Part shown: positions 1 to 7,710 of the stretch, one piece after another
How positions within the stretch are numbered: position 1 is the stretch's first letter
Layout of the letters: each line of letters begins with the position of its first letter
NCBI GenBank assembly: GCA_021296015.1
Contig: JAGWBG010000001.1
Coordinates: 1 to 28,734, forward strand
Origin: Dehalococcoidia bacterium
Lineage (GTDB): Bacteria; Chloroflexota; Dehalococcoidia; Lucifugimonadales; JAGWBF01
Length of the DNA stretch: 28,734 nucleotides
Direction of reading: 5' to 3'
Translations under genes and position numbers: made by a program
Notes under the pieces: generated by a model
Told to the model about the DNA's origin: nothing
What the model saw: the letters and a program-made list of their open reading frames with translations, nothing else
Databases searched by the model: none

Positions 1-2
1 AC

Positions 3-215
3 CCCTTCCGCCTATTCTTCCATCACGTCGTGCCACTGATGGGCCAGATTATCGCCGGAGACAGAGCAGCCTACACCTACTTGCCCCAGTCGGTGGCCGG
101 GTTTCACTCCGCGGACGAGCTGGCCCGGTACTTCGAGGAGGTGGGGCTGGAGAACGTGGGCTACCAGCGAATGGGTTTGGGTGCCGTAGCAGTACACTGG
201 GGCACAAAGGCTTAA
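3..215 (+). CDS. menG: UbiE/MenG-family (demethylmenaquinone) methyltransferase, C-terminal fragment running off the window start
   Basis: Frame is open from position 3 (PFRLFFHHVVPLMGQIIAGDRAAYTYLPQSV...AVHWGTKA*). AYxYLPxSV is the characteristic UbiE/MenG C-terminal motif. Confidence 0.8.
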   Translation, partial: PFRLFFHHVVPLMGQIIAGDRAAYTYLPQSVAGFHSADELARYFEEVGLENVGYQRMGLGAVAVHWGTKA

Positions 216-292
216 CTACCACTTGCCAGCAGCCGCTGAGAGCAATAAAATCCAGTGGTAGGCATTCCAGGTGAACGAAAAGGAGTGTAGTC

Positions 293-643
293 ATGCCCAT
301 ATTTGATCACAGGAATCATCCTCCTCTGGAGCCGGTGGATGGCAGGGAATCACGCCGGTTTGTGAACAAAGAGGCGGGCGCAGCCTCTCTTACAGTAGGG
401 GAATTGGTGATGCATCACGGCTCAGCGCTGCGGCTGCACACTCACCCCACTGATGAGGCCATAATACTAATGGAGGGCAATGTCCAGATGATTGTGGGCA
501 ACGAGTCCCACGACGCCGCCCCCGGAGATACCCTGCTGGCCCCACCTGGAACGCCCCACAAGTTGGTGAATGAGTCCGGCGACGATGCCCGGATGTACAC
601 CATATTCCCCACGGACAGCCCCACCACCGAGTACGTGGACTAG
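293..643 (+). CDS. Cupin domain protein
   Basis: HTHPTDE (HxHx3-4E) and GDTLLAPPGTPH cupin metal-binding motifs; AAGGAG RBS upstream. Confidence 0.85.
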   Translation: MPIFDHRNHPPLEPVDGRESRRFVNKEAGAASLTVGELVMHHGSALRLHTHPTDEAIILMEGNVQMIVGNESHDAAPGDTLLAPPGTPHKLVNESGDDARMYTIFPTDSPTTEYVD

Positions 644-928
644 ACGCAGCGTCGTAATATAAGTATGTAGGATGAAACTGGGGTATTGTCAGGGGTCCGA
701 TTTCAGAAGGGCGGGACGATTCCCTGTATTCCAGTAGTCGTTTTCCCCTGCTTGCCGCAGACCCTCCACTGTGACGGGCCGCATCCAGCTTGTGGCCTGT
801 ACTATGCCTTGAGGCACAAGGGTTGAGAACGCAACGGTAACATTCCGTTTTGCGTGGTTTGGTTGTGGACAGCACCAACTCCACCTGTTATTCTTAATAT
901 CTGGAGCCAAACATAATCAAGGGAATAT

Positions 929-1591
929 ATGGCAGTACCAATAAGCATCCTCCCTGGCAAATTTCGATGGCTGGCTTTGGCTTTGGGCCTGTCGGTGGCC
1001 GCTGCTCTGCTCATCAGTTGCGGCAGCGAAGCACCCGCTACCGACACGCCAATGCCTCGCCCAACCTCCACACCGGTTGACCTTGGCTCCTCTACGGAAA
1101 CTCAACAGCCCACAGCGGTGCCTGCGCCCACCTCACCACCTATCCAAACGTCGTTGGAGGTGGGGCACGAGGTGGGACAGAAGGCCCCGGATTTCATGCT
1201 GACCACAGTGGAGGGTGAGCAGGTTACCCTGGCCAGTCTCCAGGGCCGTCCAGTAGTCCTCTACTTCTACGCCACCTGGTGACCCGTCTGCCGTGCCTCG
1301 TTGAGGCAACTGAAGAACGTCCAACCTGAATACGCGGACCGCGTGGGCTTTCTTGCAGTGGACGTAGACCCTTCGGAGAGTGCCGAAAAGATCCTGTCTT
1401 ACAAAGAGGTCGAGGGATTCTCGTGGCCCATGACCACTGCTGATGCTGTCATGGTGAAAAGCTATAACGTCACTCGTCAAGCTGCCCATGTGACCCTCGA
1501 CTCCAACGGCATTGTCCTGTCAAGTGTCACCTACGGAAGCGAGACCGCAGAGGATTGGCGACAGCTTTTCGAAAGCCTGCTCGGCTCCTGA
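929..1591 (+). CDS. Lipoprotein thioredoxin-like redoxin (TlpA/AhpC-TSA family), probable selenoprotein (Sec118, UxxC), 220 aa
   Basis: ORFs 929..1282 and 1301..1591 are in the same frame and separated only by TGA 1280-1282: YFYATW-U-PVC aligns with the (F/W)ATWCxxC motif. Lipobox LISC, Pro/Thr-rich linker, and GQKAPDF motif. Confidence 0.85.
1294..1308 (+). promoter_or_regulatory. Candidate bacterial SECIS hairpin of the redoxin gene
   Basis: Perfect TGCCTC-GTT-GAGGCA stem-loop. The loop begins with G(U) 17 nt after the UGA, consistent with the bacterial SECIS consensus. Confidence 0.6.
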
Positions 1592-1656
1592 CCCCCACCA
1601 GTCTGTATGACTTCAGAATCGGTACGACGGACCAATCAAATGAAGGGATCACCCAA

Positions 1657-2085
1657 CTATCCCGCTACCTCCATCTCGTCCAGAATCTTGGGGGCTTCCG
1701 TCAGCGTCCTGTGTACCGGACACCGTCGGGAGATTATCAGTAACCTCTGGCGTTGCTCTTCAGTGAGGTCGCCTTTCACAACAATGTGACGGCGAATCAA
1801 GTCCAGCATCGTGTCGTCGTCTTCCTCGCACTCCTCACAGTCCCGTGCGTGCACTCGATCATAGCTCAGGTCTATGGTGACCCCATCCAGAGGCCAACCC
1901 TTTCTCCTTGCATAGAGGATAAGGGTCATAGCCGTTCAGGTGCCCAGGGCCGAGAGGAGAAGCTCGTAGGGGTTGGGGCCAAGCTCGTCGCCGTCGTAGT
2001 GGGAATCATCGGCAACGAAAGCGTGGCGGGTGGTGGTGACCAACTGCTGAAGATTGTTCAGGCTTTCGACTCTCACCGTATCCAT
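1657..2085 (-). CDS. OsmC-like protein, probable selenoprotein (Sec50), 142 aa
   Basis: Reads MDTVRVES...GPNPYELLLSALGT-TGA(1936-1938)-TAMTLILYARRKGWPL...RCPVHRTL. TGA occupies the first catalytic Cys of the OsmC GPxPYELLLxALGxCxxMT motif. AAGGAG RBS at 2092-2097. The track ORF 1657..1929 is only the part after the TGA. Confidence 0.85.
1892..1933 (-). promoter_or_regulatory. Candidate SECIS hairpin of the OsmC-like gene
   Basis: On the minus strand directly after UGA: GGCUA/UGGCC, ACCCUU/AAGGGU and UCCU/AGGA stems enclosing a CUAUGCA loop. Confidence 0.45.
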
Positions 2086-2117
2086 TGGAGACTCCTTATA
2101 GTATTGGTCTTATACGG

Positions 2118-2882
2118 CTATCCTATAACGAAACCAGCGTCCACAGGCATGACGTTCCCGGTCACGAATGAGGCCGCATCAGAACATAGCCACACCACAA
2201 CTTCAGCAACCTCCTCCGGCGTCCCCAGCCGTCCGACTGGCTCCATCGCACTGGCCTGCTCCTCACCCCTTGGGTTGTCCACATTGATGCGGGCAAACAT
2301 GGGGGTATGAATGAAGCCGGGGCACACGGCGTCGACACCAATACCCGGCCGAGCGTATTCCAGGGCGGCTGTCTTGGTCAACCCGGCCACCCCATGCTTT
2401 GTGGCGGCGTAGGCCGACGCGCCCCTCATGCCCACCAGGCCGGCAGCCGAAGAAGTGTTTACGATAGCTCCCCCGCCCTGCTTGAGCATCTGGGGAATCT
2501 CGTACCTCAAGCACAACCACACACCTTTGAGATTGACACTCATCAGTTGGCCCCAGGCATCATCAGGGTATTCGTGGGTGCGCAGCCCGACCGGGCCCTC
2601 TATGCCAGCGTTGTTGTGGGCGCAGTCCAGCCGTCCATAAGTTTCGACGGCCCTGTTGACCATCGCCTCAACATCGGCGGCCCTGGATACGTCAGCGTAA
2701 GCGAAGATGGCCTCTCCACCGGCATCATTTATCATGCTTACCGTGTCCTCGCCACCCTCGGCATTCACGTCGGCCACGACCACCCTGGCCCCTTCCCTGG
2801 CAAATATCAGGGCGGTGGCACGCCCCATTCCCGAACCTCCACCCGTCACCAGAGCAACCTTGGACTCCAGGCTTCCAGCCAT
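2118..2882 (-). CDS. Short-chain dehydrogenase/reductase (classical SDR)
   Basis: TGGGSGMG Rossmann motif, NNAG, catalytic YAATK, and C-terminal VTGxxMPVDAG. Confidence 0.92.
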   Translation of the reverse strand: MAGSLESKVALVTGGGSGMGRATALIFAREGARVVVADVNAEGGEDTVSMINDAGGEAIFAYADVSRAADVEAMVNRAVETYGRLDCAHNNAGIEGPVGLRTHEYPDDAWGQLMSVNLKGVWLCLRYEIPQMLKQGGGAIVNTSSAAGLVGMRGASAYAATKHGVAGLTKTAALEYARPGIGVDAVCPGFIHTPMFARINVDNPRGEEQASAMEPVGRLGTPEEVAEVVVWLCSDAASFVTGNVMPVDAGFVIG

Positions 2883-2971
2883 TTCTACACCTCTCCTACG
2901 CGATATATTTGCTCCGTCTTGTTGATTTACCTTTCCTAAGAGTGTGTTTCCAAAGATGCTTGACGCACATT

Positions 2972-3061
2972 GTCATTCCGAGGAGCGGAGCGACGAGGAA
3001 TTTAAAATCTCCGGCTTCAACAAAGCCACGGCTTTAGATTCCTCGCTGCGCTCGGAATGAC
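2972..3061. repeat. REP-like palindromic element (GTCATTCCGAG...CTCGGAATGAC)
   Basis: 11-bp perfect terminal inverted repeat plus an inner CGAGGAAT/ATTCCTCG stem, in an intergenic region. Confidence 0.75.
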
Positions 3062-3192
3062 GTGGGACCGAAATGTCAGCTGAGCCAAGCTAAGGACAAT
3101 GGATAAATGTCTAATGTGCATCAGGCATATTAGAGGAGAAGGCACTTTGGAAACACCTTCTAAGAATCTCGCTGACCGTGCTGGTGTTTTGG

Positions 3193-3278
3193 TCCGCCAA
3201 AGGCGGATGGCCTTGAATCTGGTCTCCGTTGAGTACCTTCTCAGATTCCACACTCCGATTCGCTCCGTTCGGAATGAC
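3193..3278. repeat. Degenerate second copy of the REP-like element
   Basis: TCCGCC-AAA-GGCGGA hairpin, GAATCTG/CAGATTC stem, and right arm ending TCGGAATGAC as in 3052-3061. Confidence 0.5.
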
Positions 3279-3340
3279 ATGGTGAGGGCGCTCTGTGTCG
3301 GATTAAGGGACATGGCCTTTTCGCCGCACCTTTTCGTCAG

Positions 3341-4954
3341 TCATGGCACTGAGTCTCCCTTCTCAACATGAGCGGAAGCCGGGTCTCCCCAGCCGCCTCC
3401 ACCTGGAGTGCGGATGCTCAGCACGTCTCCCGGCTCTACGTCCAGCACCTCTTTCCCCGAGAGCTTCACTTCTTCGTAACCGCTACGGAATAGCACGTTC
3501 TCTCCCCGCTCACCATGGTGTCCCCCGTGGAGTCCATAGGGGGCGAACCTGCGCCGCTCCGATAGAATGGTCACCCTGGCCCTCGTGAGGAACTCCACGT
3601 CTCGCACAAGGCCGTCTCCCCCGGAGAATTTACCAGCGCCCCCGGAGCCGTTGCGGAGAGCGTAACGCTGAAGGCGCATAGGGTAAACGAACTCCAGGGC
3701 CTCAATGGGGGTGTTCATGGTGTTAGTCATGTGGGTATGGATGCCCGAAACACCGTCTTTGGTGGGCCTGGCACCCATCCCACCGGCGATGGTCTCGTAG
3801 TAGACAAATGGCTTGTCCCGTGTGAGGTCATGGCCGCCAATTAGCAAGTTATTCATGCTGCCCTGACTCGCGGCGGGGATAAGCTCCGGCAGGGCCTGGG
3901 ACATGGCAGCCAGCAGTACGTCGGTGACACGCTGAGAGGTCTCCACGTTGCCCCCGGCCACTCCACGCTGAGGCTCCGGGTTAATCAGCGACGCATGGGG
4001 TGCAACGATGCTCACAGGCCGCAGGCAACCCTGGCTGGGAGGCACGTCCATGCCCACGATACAATGGACCATATACAAGACCGCTGAGACCGTCACCGCC
4101 AGGGGAGCGTTGATGCAGCCCGGCCGCTCAGGGGACGTGCCGGTGAAGTCCACCGCCATCTCATCACCGTCTACGATAATCGTTACGGCTATGGGCACAG
4201 GCTGGTCGGTGAGTCCGTCATCGTCCATATAGTCCATGTAGTGGTATGAGCCGTCGGGTATGCGGCTGATGGCAGCCCTGGTAAGCCGCTCCGAGTAGTC
4301 CAGAAGGGCTTCCATGTGCTCCAGGGTGGTCTCCAGATTGTACCGGGCGACTATCTCCTCCAGCCTTCTCTCTCCCACGCGGATGGATGCAAACTGGGCT
4401 GCCAGGTCTCCCTTGCGCTCGTCTGGCGTCCGGGAGTTGCGGCAGATGAGCTGCACCACTTCCTGGTTCAGTCTCCCGCTACGGGCCAGCTTCAGAGGAG
4501 GGATGATAGTACCCTCCTGGTAAAGCTCGGTAGACAGTGGGAGGGACCCGGGGGTCATACCCCCAACGTCGGCGTGATGTCCACGGTTAGAGATGAATCC
4601 TGCCAAGCGTCGCTGACCGTCTTCGGTAACGTAGACGGGTGCCACCAGGGTGATGTCGGGCAGGTGAGTGCCGCCCAGGTAGGGGTCGTTGAGTATCACG
4701 ACGTCGCCGGGTCTCAGGGAGCCTGTGAAGCTGTCAATAGCCGCCTTCACCGAGGCGGGCATGGCTCCCAGGTGGACGGGCACGTGTGCGGCTTGGGCTA
4801 CCATCTGGCCCTGGGGACTAAATAGGGCGCAGGCGAAGTCCCGCCTCTCCTTGATGTTGGGCGAGTAGGCGGTGCGCTGAAGGGCCACCCCCATCTCCTC
4901 ACTCACGGAGATGAACAGGTTCTTGAACACTTCCAGGCTTATGGGGTCAACCAT
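3341..4954 (-). CDS. hyuB: Hydantoinase B/5-oxoprolinase family subunit
   Basis: MDPISLEVFKN..., SPNIKERRDF, HVPVHLG, NDPYLGGTHLPD, HHADVGGMTPGS, ETIAGGMGA, HTHMTNTMNTPIE and TPGGGGWG motifs. Confidence 0.93.
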   Translation of the reverse strand: MVDPISLEVFKNLFISVSEEMGVALQRTAYSPNIKERRDFACALFSPQGQMVAQAAHVPVHLGAMPASVKAAIDSFTGSLRPGDVVILNDPYLGGTHLPDITLVAPVYVTEDGQRRLAGFISNRGHHADVGGMTPGSLPLSTELYQEGTIIPPLKLARSGRLNQEVVQLICRNSRTPDERKGDLAAQFASIRVGERRLEEIVARYNLETTLEHMEALLDYSERLTRAAISRIPDGSYHYMDYMDDDGLTDQPVPIAVTIIVDGDEMAVDFTGTSPERPGCINAPLAVTVSAVLYMVHCIVGMDVPPSQGCLRPVSIVAPHASLINPEPQRGVAGGNVETSQRVTDVLLAAMSQALPELIPAASQGSMNNLLIGGHDLTRDKPFVYYETIAGGMGARPTKDGVSGIHTHMTNTMNTPIEALEFVYPMRLQRYALRNGSGGAGKFSGGDGLVRDVEFLTRARVTILSERRRFAPYGLHGGHHGERGENVLFRSGYEEVKLSGKEVLDVEPGDVLSIRTPGGGGWGDPASAHVEKGDSVP

Positions 4955-5291
4955 CTATCACCTCTTCAGTCAACTCTATCCAGTAGGATGCTATCTCCTG
5001 CCAGATGAGGCTATCCCGGAGCTTCTGCTCCATCTCATCAGGGGTATAAGTCAGAATTTCAAAGGCCACAGTATAGGGGGCAAGGTTGCGCAGTCTTGCC
5101 ATGCGCTTCACCAACTCCCCGGTGAAATCAGGGGAGACCACCGCCATATCCACGTCGCTATCCTCTAGCCAGTCTCCCCGGGCGAAGCTGCCGTACAGGT
5201 AGACGCGGGCGACGGGATGGACCTCCTTCAATCGTCGAAGGAAGGAGCGTATGGCATCCTCGACTTTAAGGGGCAAGGAGTTGGCGAGCAT
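4947..5291 (-). CDS. Minimal nucleotidyltransferase (MNT, Pol-beta superfamily)
   Basis: LYGSFARGDWLEDSDVD = GSx(A)RG...SDxD signature. Overlaps the hyuB start by 8 nt. Confidence 0.85.
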   Translation of the reverse strand: MLANSLPLKVEDAIRSFLRRLKEVHPVARVYLYGSFARGDWLEDSDVDMAVVSPDFTGELVKRMARLRNLAPYTVAFEILTYTPDEMEQKLRDSLIWQEIASYWIELTEEVIDG

Positions 5292-5306
5292 GGGCTAATT
5301 ACTCCA

Positions 5307-7325
5307 TTATCCGGGGGCGATTACCAGGTTCTTCCACTGGTCCACCTCGGCCAACCAGCCGGGAGGTATCACTATCGTGGAGTCCATCTGGTGGACAAGC
5401 GCCGGACCCGGGATACGGTTGCCACAATGCAGCCTGTCCCGCAGGTAGAGGGAGGTGGCAAAAGCGCCTTCTCGGAAGACCACGTTGGTCTCGCCGGTAC
5501 GGGCCTCATTGGGATTCTCGGAGGCGGGCGCTTCGGGCTGGGGTGTGGGCGCGTCCACAGCAACTACCATCTTCAGGCGAAGGTTCACTATCTCCACCGG
5601 CTCCGAGGGGTCGGCGTACCCGAATCGCTGCCTGTGGGCTTTGTGAAAGGCGCCGCTAATGGCCCGGTCCAGGGAACGCCCGGAACGATGCGATGGATAG
5701 TCCACGTTAAGCTCGTAGGACTGTCCCACGTAGCGCACGTCAAGGGACCGCTGGGCCACGAGTCGCTCCATATTCAGTCCTTCTTGTCCCATGTCTTCTC
5801 TGGCCTGGTCCTCCAGGGTAGAGAAATCCTCCTCCAACCGCTCCCGGCTGACGTCCTGCCCTCGGAGCATGACAGTCCGGGAGTAGTCCTTCACAATATC
5901 GGCGATGGCGACACCCAGAGCCGACAAAATGCCCGGGTTTGGAGGAATCAGCACCCTGGGTATGCCCAACTCTTGGGCCAGGTCGCAACTGTGCATAGGC
6001 CCTGCTCCCCCGAAGGGAACCAGAGTAAACTCCCTGGGGTCGTACCCTCGCTCCAGGGATATGGTCCTTATAGCCCGCTCCATACTGGCATTCACCACTC
6101 GAATGATACCCAAGGCAACTTCCTGCGTGCCGGTCCCTATATTCTTTGCCAACTCGCCGATGAGCTTTTCGGCCCTGTGATAGTCGAGGGGCAGCCTTCC
6201 GCCAAGAAAGTGCTCAGGTTGTAGTCTTCCCAAGACCAGATTGGCGTCAGTAACGGTAACGCTGTCTCCTTTCCCATAGCAGGCGGGGCCCGGGTCGGCT
6301 CCGGCGGACTGGGGACCCACCAGCAACGCGCCTCCCTCGTCCACTCGTGCGATGGAGCCGCCCCCCGCACCTACGCTGTGTATCTCAATCATGGGCACGC
6401 TGATGGGGTATCCACCCAGCACGGATGACGTGGTCTCCTTTATTCTGCCCGGGCAAAGGGAGACATCGGTGGATGTCCCACCCATGTCCAGGGTTATGAT
6501 GTCTTTGTAGCCTGCCAGAGAGCCTGTGTAGAAGGCACCTACCACGCCGCCGGCGGGGCCACTCAATACGGTGCGCACCGGCTGGGATGCGGCCAGGGAA
6601 GCGATTATGCTGCCGCCGGAGGACTGCATGATACGCAGCCCACTACCCAGAGCCTTCTCAAGATTGGCCAGATACCGGGCCATAACAGGGCCTACGTAGG
6701 CGTTGACTACGATGGTGCTGGTGCGCTCGTACTCCCGGAACTCGGGCAACACCTGGCTGGATATAGATAGGAACGGCTTGGCACCCAGTTGTTCCAGGGC
6801 TTCCCGCAACATCTCCTCGTGAAGGGGATTCAGAAAGGAGAAGAGGAGGGATACGGCCACCGCCTCAACCCCTGACGCTTCTATGGCTTTGGCCACGCCC
6901 TCCAGGTCCTCGGGTGAGGGCGAGGTCAGAACGGCGCCGGTGTAGTCTACTCGTTCCTTTATTCCATGACGAAGCTCCCTGGGAACCAACACAGGGGGAC
7001 GTTCCAGCATCAGGTCGTAAAGCTCGGACCTGCTCTGCCTCCCTATCTCTAGCACGTCCTCGAAGCCCTGAGTGGTTACCAGAGCGGTACGTCCCCCTTT
7101 TCCTTCCAGTAGAGCGTTGGTCGCTACCGTGGAGCCGTGGACGAAGAGGTTCCGATCTCCCGAATCGGCATCCCCGACTTCCAACTCCTCTATGCCCTGA
7201 AGTATGCTCCGTGAGGGGTCGGCGGGGGAGGAGGGCAGCTTGTGTACGATAATTTGTCCATCCTTCAAGACAGCGAAATCGGTGAACGTGCCACCGACGT
7301 CTATACCGATTACAATCTCAGACAT
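5307..7325 (-). CDS. hyuA: Hydantoinase A/5-oxoprolinase family ATP-binding subunit
   Basis: GIDVGGTFTD, HGSTVATNALLE, REYERTSTIVVNAY, LSGPAGGV, DMGGTSTD, GAGGGSIA and GADPGPACYG motifs. Confidence 0.93.
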   Translation of the reverse strand: MSEIVIGIDVGGTFTDFAVLKDGQIIVHKLPSSPADPSRSILQGIEELEVGDADSGDRNLFVHGSTVATNALLEGKGGRTALVTTQGFEDVLEIGRQSRSELYDLMLERPPVLVPRELRHGIKERVDYTGAVLTSPSPEDLEGVAKAIEASGVEAVAVSLLFSFLNPLHEEMLREALEQLGAKPFLSISSQVLPEFREYERTSTIVVNAYVGPVMARYLANLEKALGSGLRIMQSSGGSIIASLAASQPVRTVLSGPAGGVVGAFYTGSLAGYKDIITLDMGGTSTDVSLCPGRIKETTSSVLGGYPISVPMIEIHSVGAGGGSIARVDEGGALLVGPQSAGADPGPACYGKGDSVTVTDANLVLGRLQPEHFLGGRLPLDYHRAEKLIGELAKNIGTGTQEVALGIIRVVNASMERAIRTISLERGYDPREFTLVPFGGAGPMHSCDLAQELGIPRVLIPPNPGILSALGVAIADIVKDYSRTVMLRGQDVSRERLEEDFSTLEDQAREDMGQEGLNMERLVAQRSLDVRYVGQSYELNVDYPSHRSGRSLDRAISGAFHKAHRQRFGYADPSEPVEIVNLRLKMVVAVDAPTPQPEAPASENPNEARTGETNVVFREGAFATSLYLRDRLHCGNRIPGPALVHQMDSTIVIPPGWLAEVDQWKNLVIAPG

Positions 7326-7367
7326 AAAGCACCTTTCTTAAACACGTAAGCAGGGAACAGTTAAAAT

Positions 7368-7385
7368 TATAACATCAGTGTTATA
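7368..7385. promoter_or_regulatory. Palindromic candidate operator between divergent genes
   Basis: TATAACA-tcag-TGTTATA perfect 7-bp inverted repeat in the AT-rich hyuA / small-ORF spacer. Confidence 0.45.
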
Positions 7386-7424
7386 CTAACCTCATGCTAT
7401 TACTACAGCAGGAGGACGGACTGC

Positions 7425-7598
7425 ATGGAAGTGCAGACTATAAATTTCACCATCGAACGAGAGACCAAGAACACCGTCCGCTACCAGGAGGAAGCGGATG
7501 GTAAACCCCCGGCCATCGGCACCATCTACGTCCAGAAGTGGTTCCTGGGCCAAAACCCGCCCCAGAGAATCGCCGTCACTATCACGGAAGGTGAGTGA
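7425..7598 (+). CDS. Small hypothetical protein, 57 aa (below the ORF-track cutoff)
   Basis: GGAGG RBS at 7411-7415, then ATG: MEVQTINFTIERETKNTVRYQEEADGKPPAIGTIYVQKWFLGQNPPQRIAVTITEGE*. Codon usage is C/G-ending like the neighbouring genes. Confidence 0.75.
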   Translation: MEVQTINFTIERETKNTVRYQEEADGKPPAIGTIYVQKWFLGQNPPQRIAVTITEGE

Positions 7599-7615
7599 AG
7601 GCGACCGAGCGCCGG

Positions 7616-7644
7616 TTGTAAAGTGCCAAAATCTGACGTATATT
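7616..7644 (+). promoter_or_regulatory. Candidate sigma70-type promoter for the zinc-finger ORF / 6S RNA
   Basis: TTGTAA-17 bp-TATATT. Confidence 0.4.
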
Positions 7645-7710
7645 GTATTACTGTCGCATCTATCATAACATCCGTCACATTGAGAATCTGCTGCAACGGA
7701 GGGAAATAGG

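Noticed and set aside
700-820. CCACTGTGA plus nearby hairpins suggesting a cobalamin riboswitch; TGCCTTGAGGCA resembling the SECIS hairpin
   Set aside because: The GGGAA..GGTG..AATCC box and the downstream AGYCAGRA-ACCTGCC B12 element are missing, and no UGA context exists for the SECIS-like hairpin. Short matches are likely chance.
689-910. 73-aa minus-strand ORF in the cupin-redoxin spacer
   Set aside because: No motif, no RBS, and it lies across the likely promoter region of the redoxin gene.
2307-2939. 210-aa plus-strand ORF
   Set aside because: Antisense shadow of the SDR gene; such shadows are common in GC-rich coding DNA.
3017-3371. Overlapping 98-aa and 90-aa ORFs
   Set aside because: They run through REP-like palindromes, have no motifs and are not transposase-like.
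5217-6224. 335-aa plus-strand ORF (likewise 9643..10404, 11991..12893, 19779..20402, 22072..22749, 23750..24616)
   Set aside because: Antisense or alternate-frame shadows of well-supported genes, with no recognisable domains.
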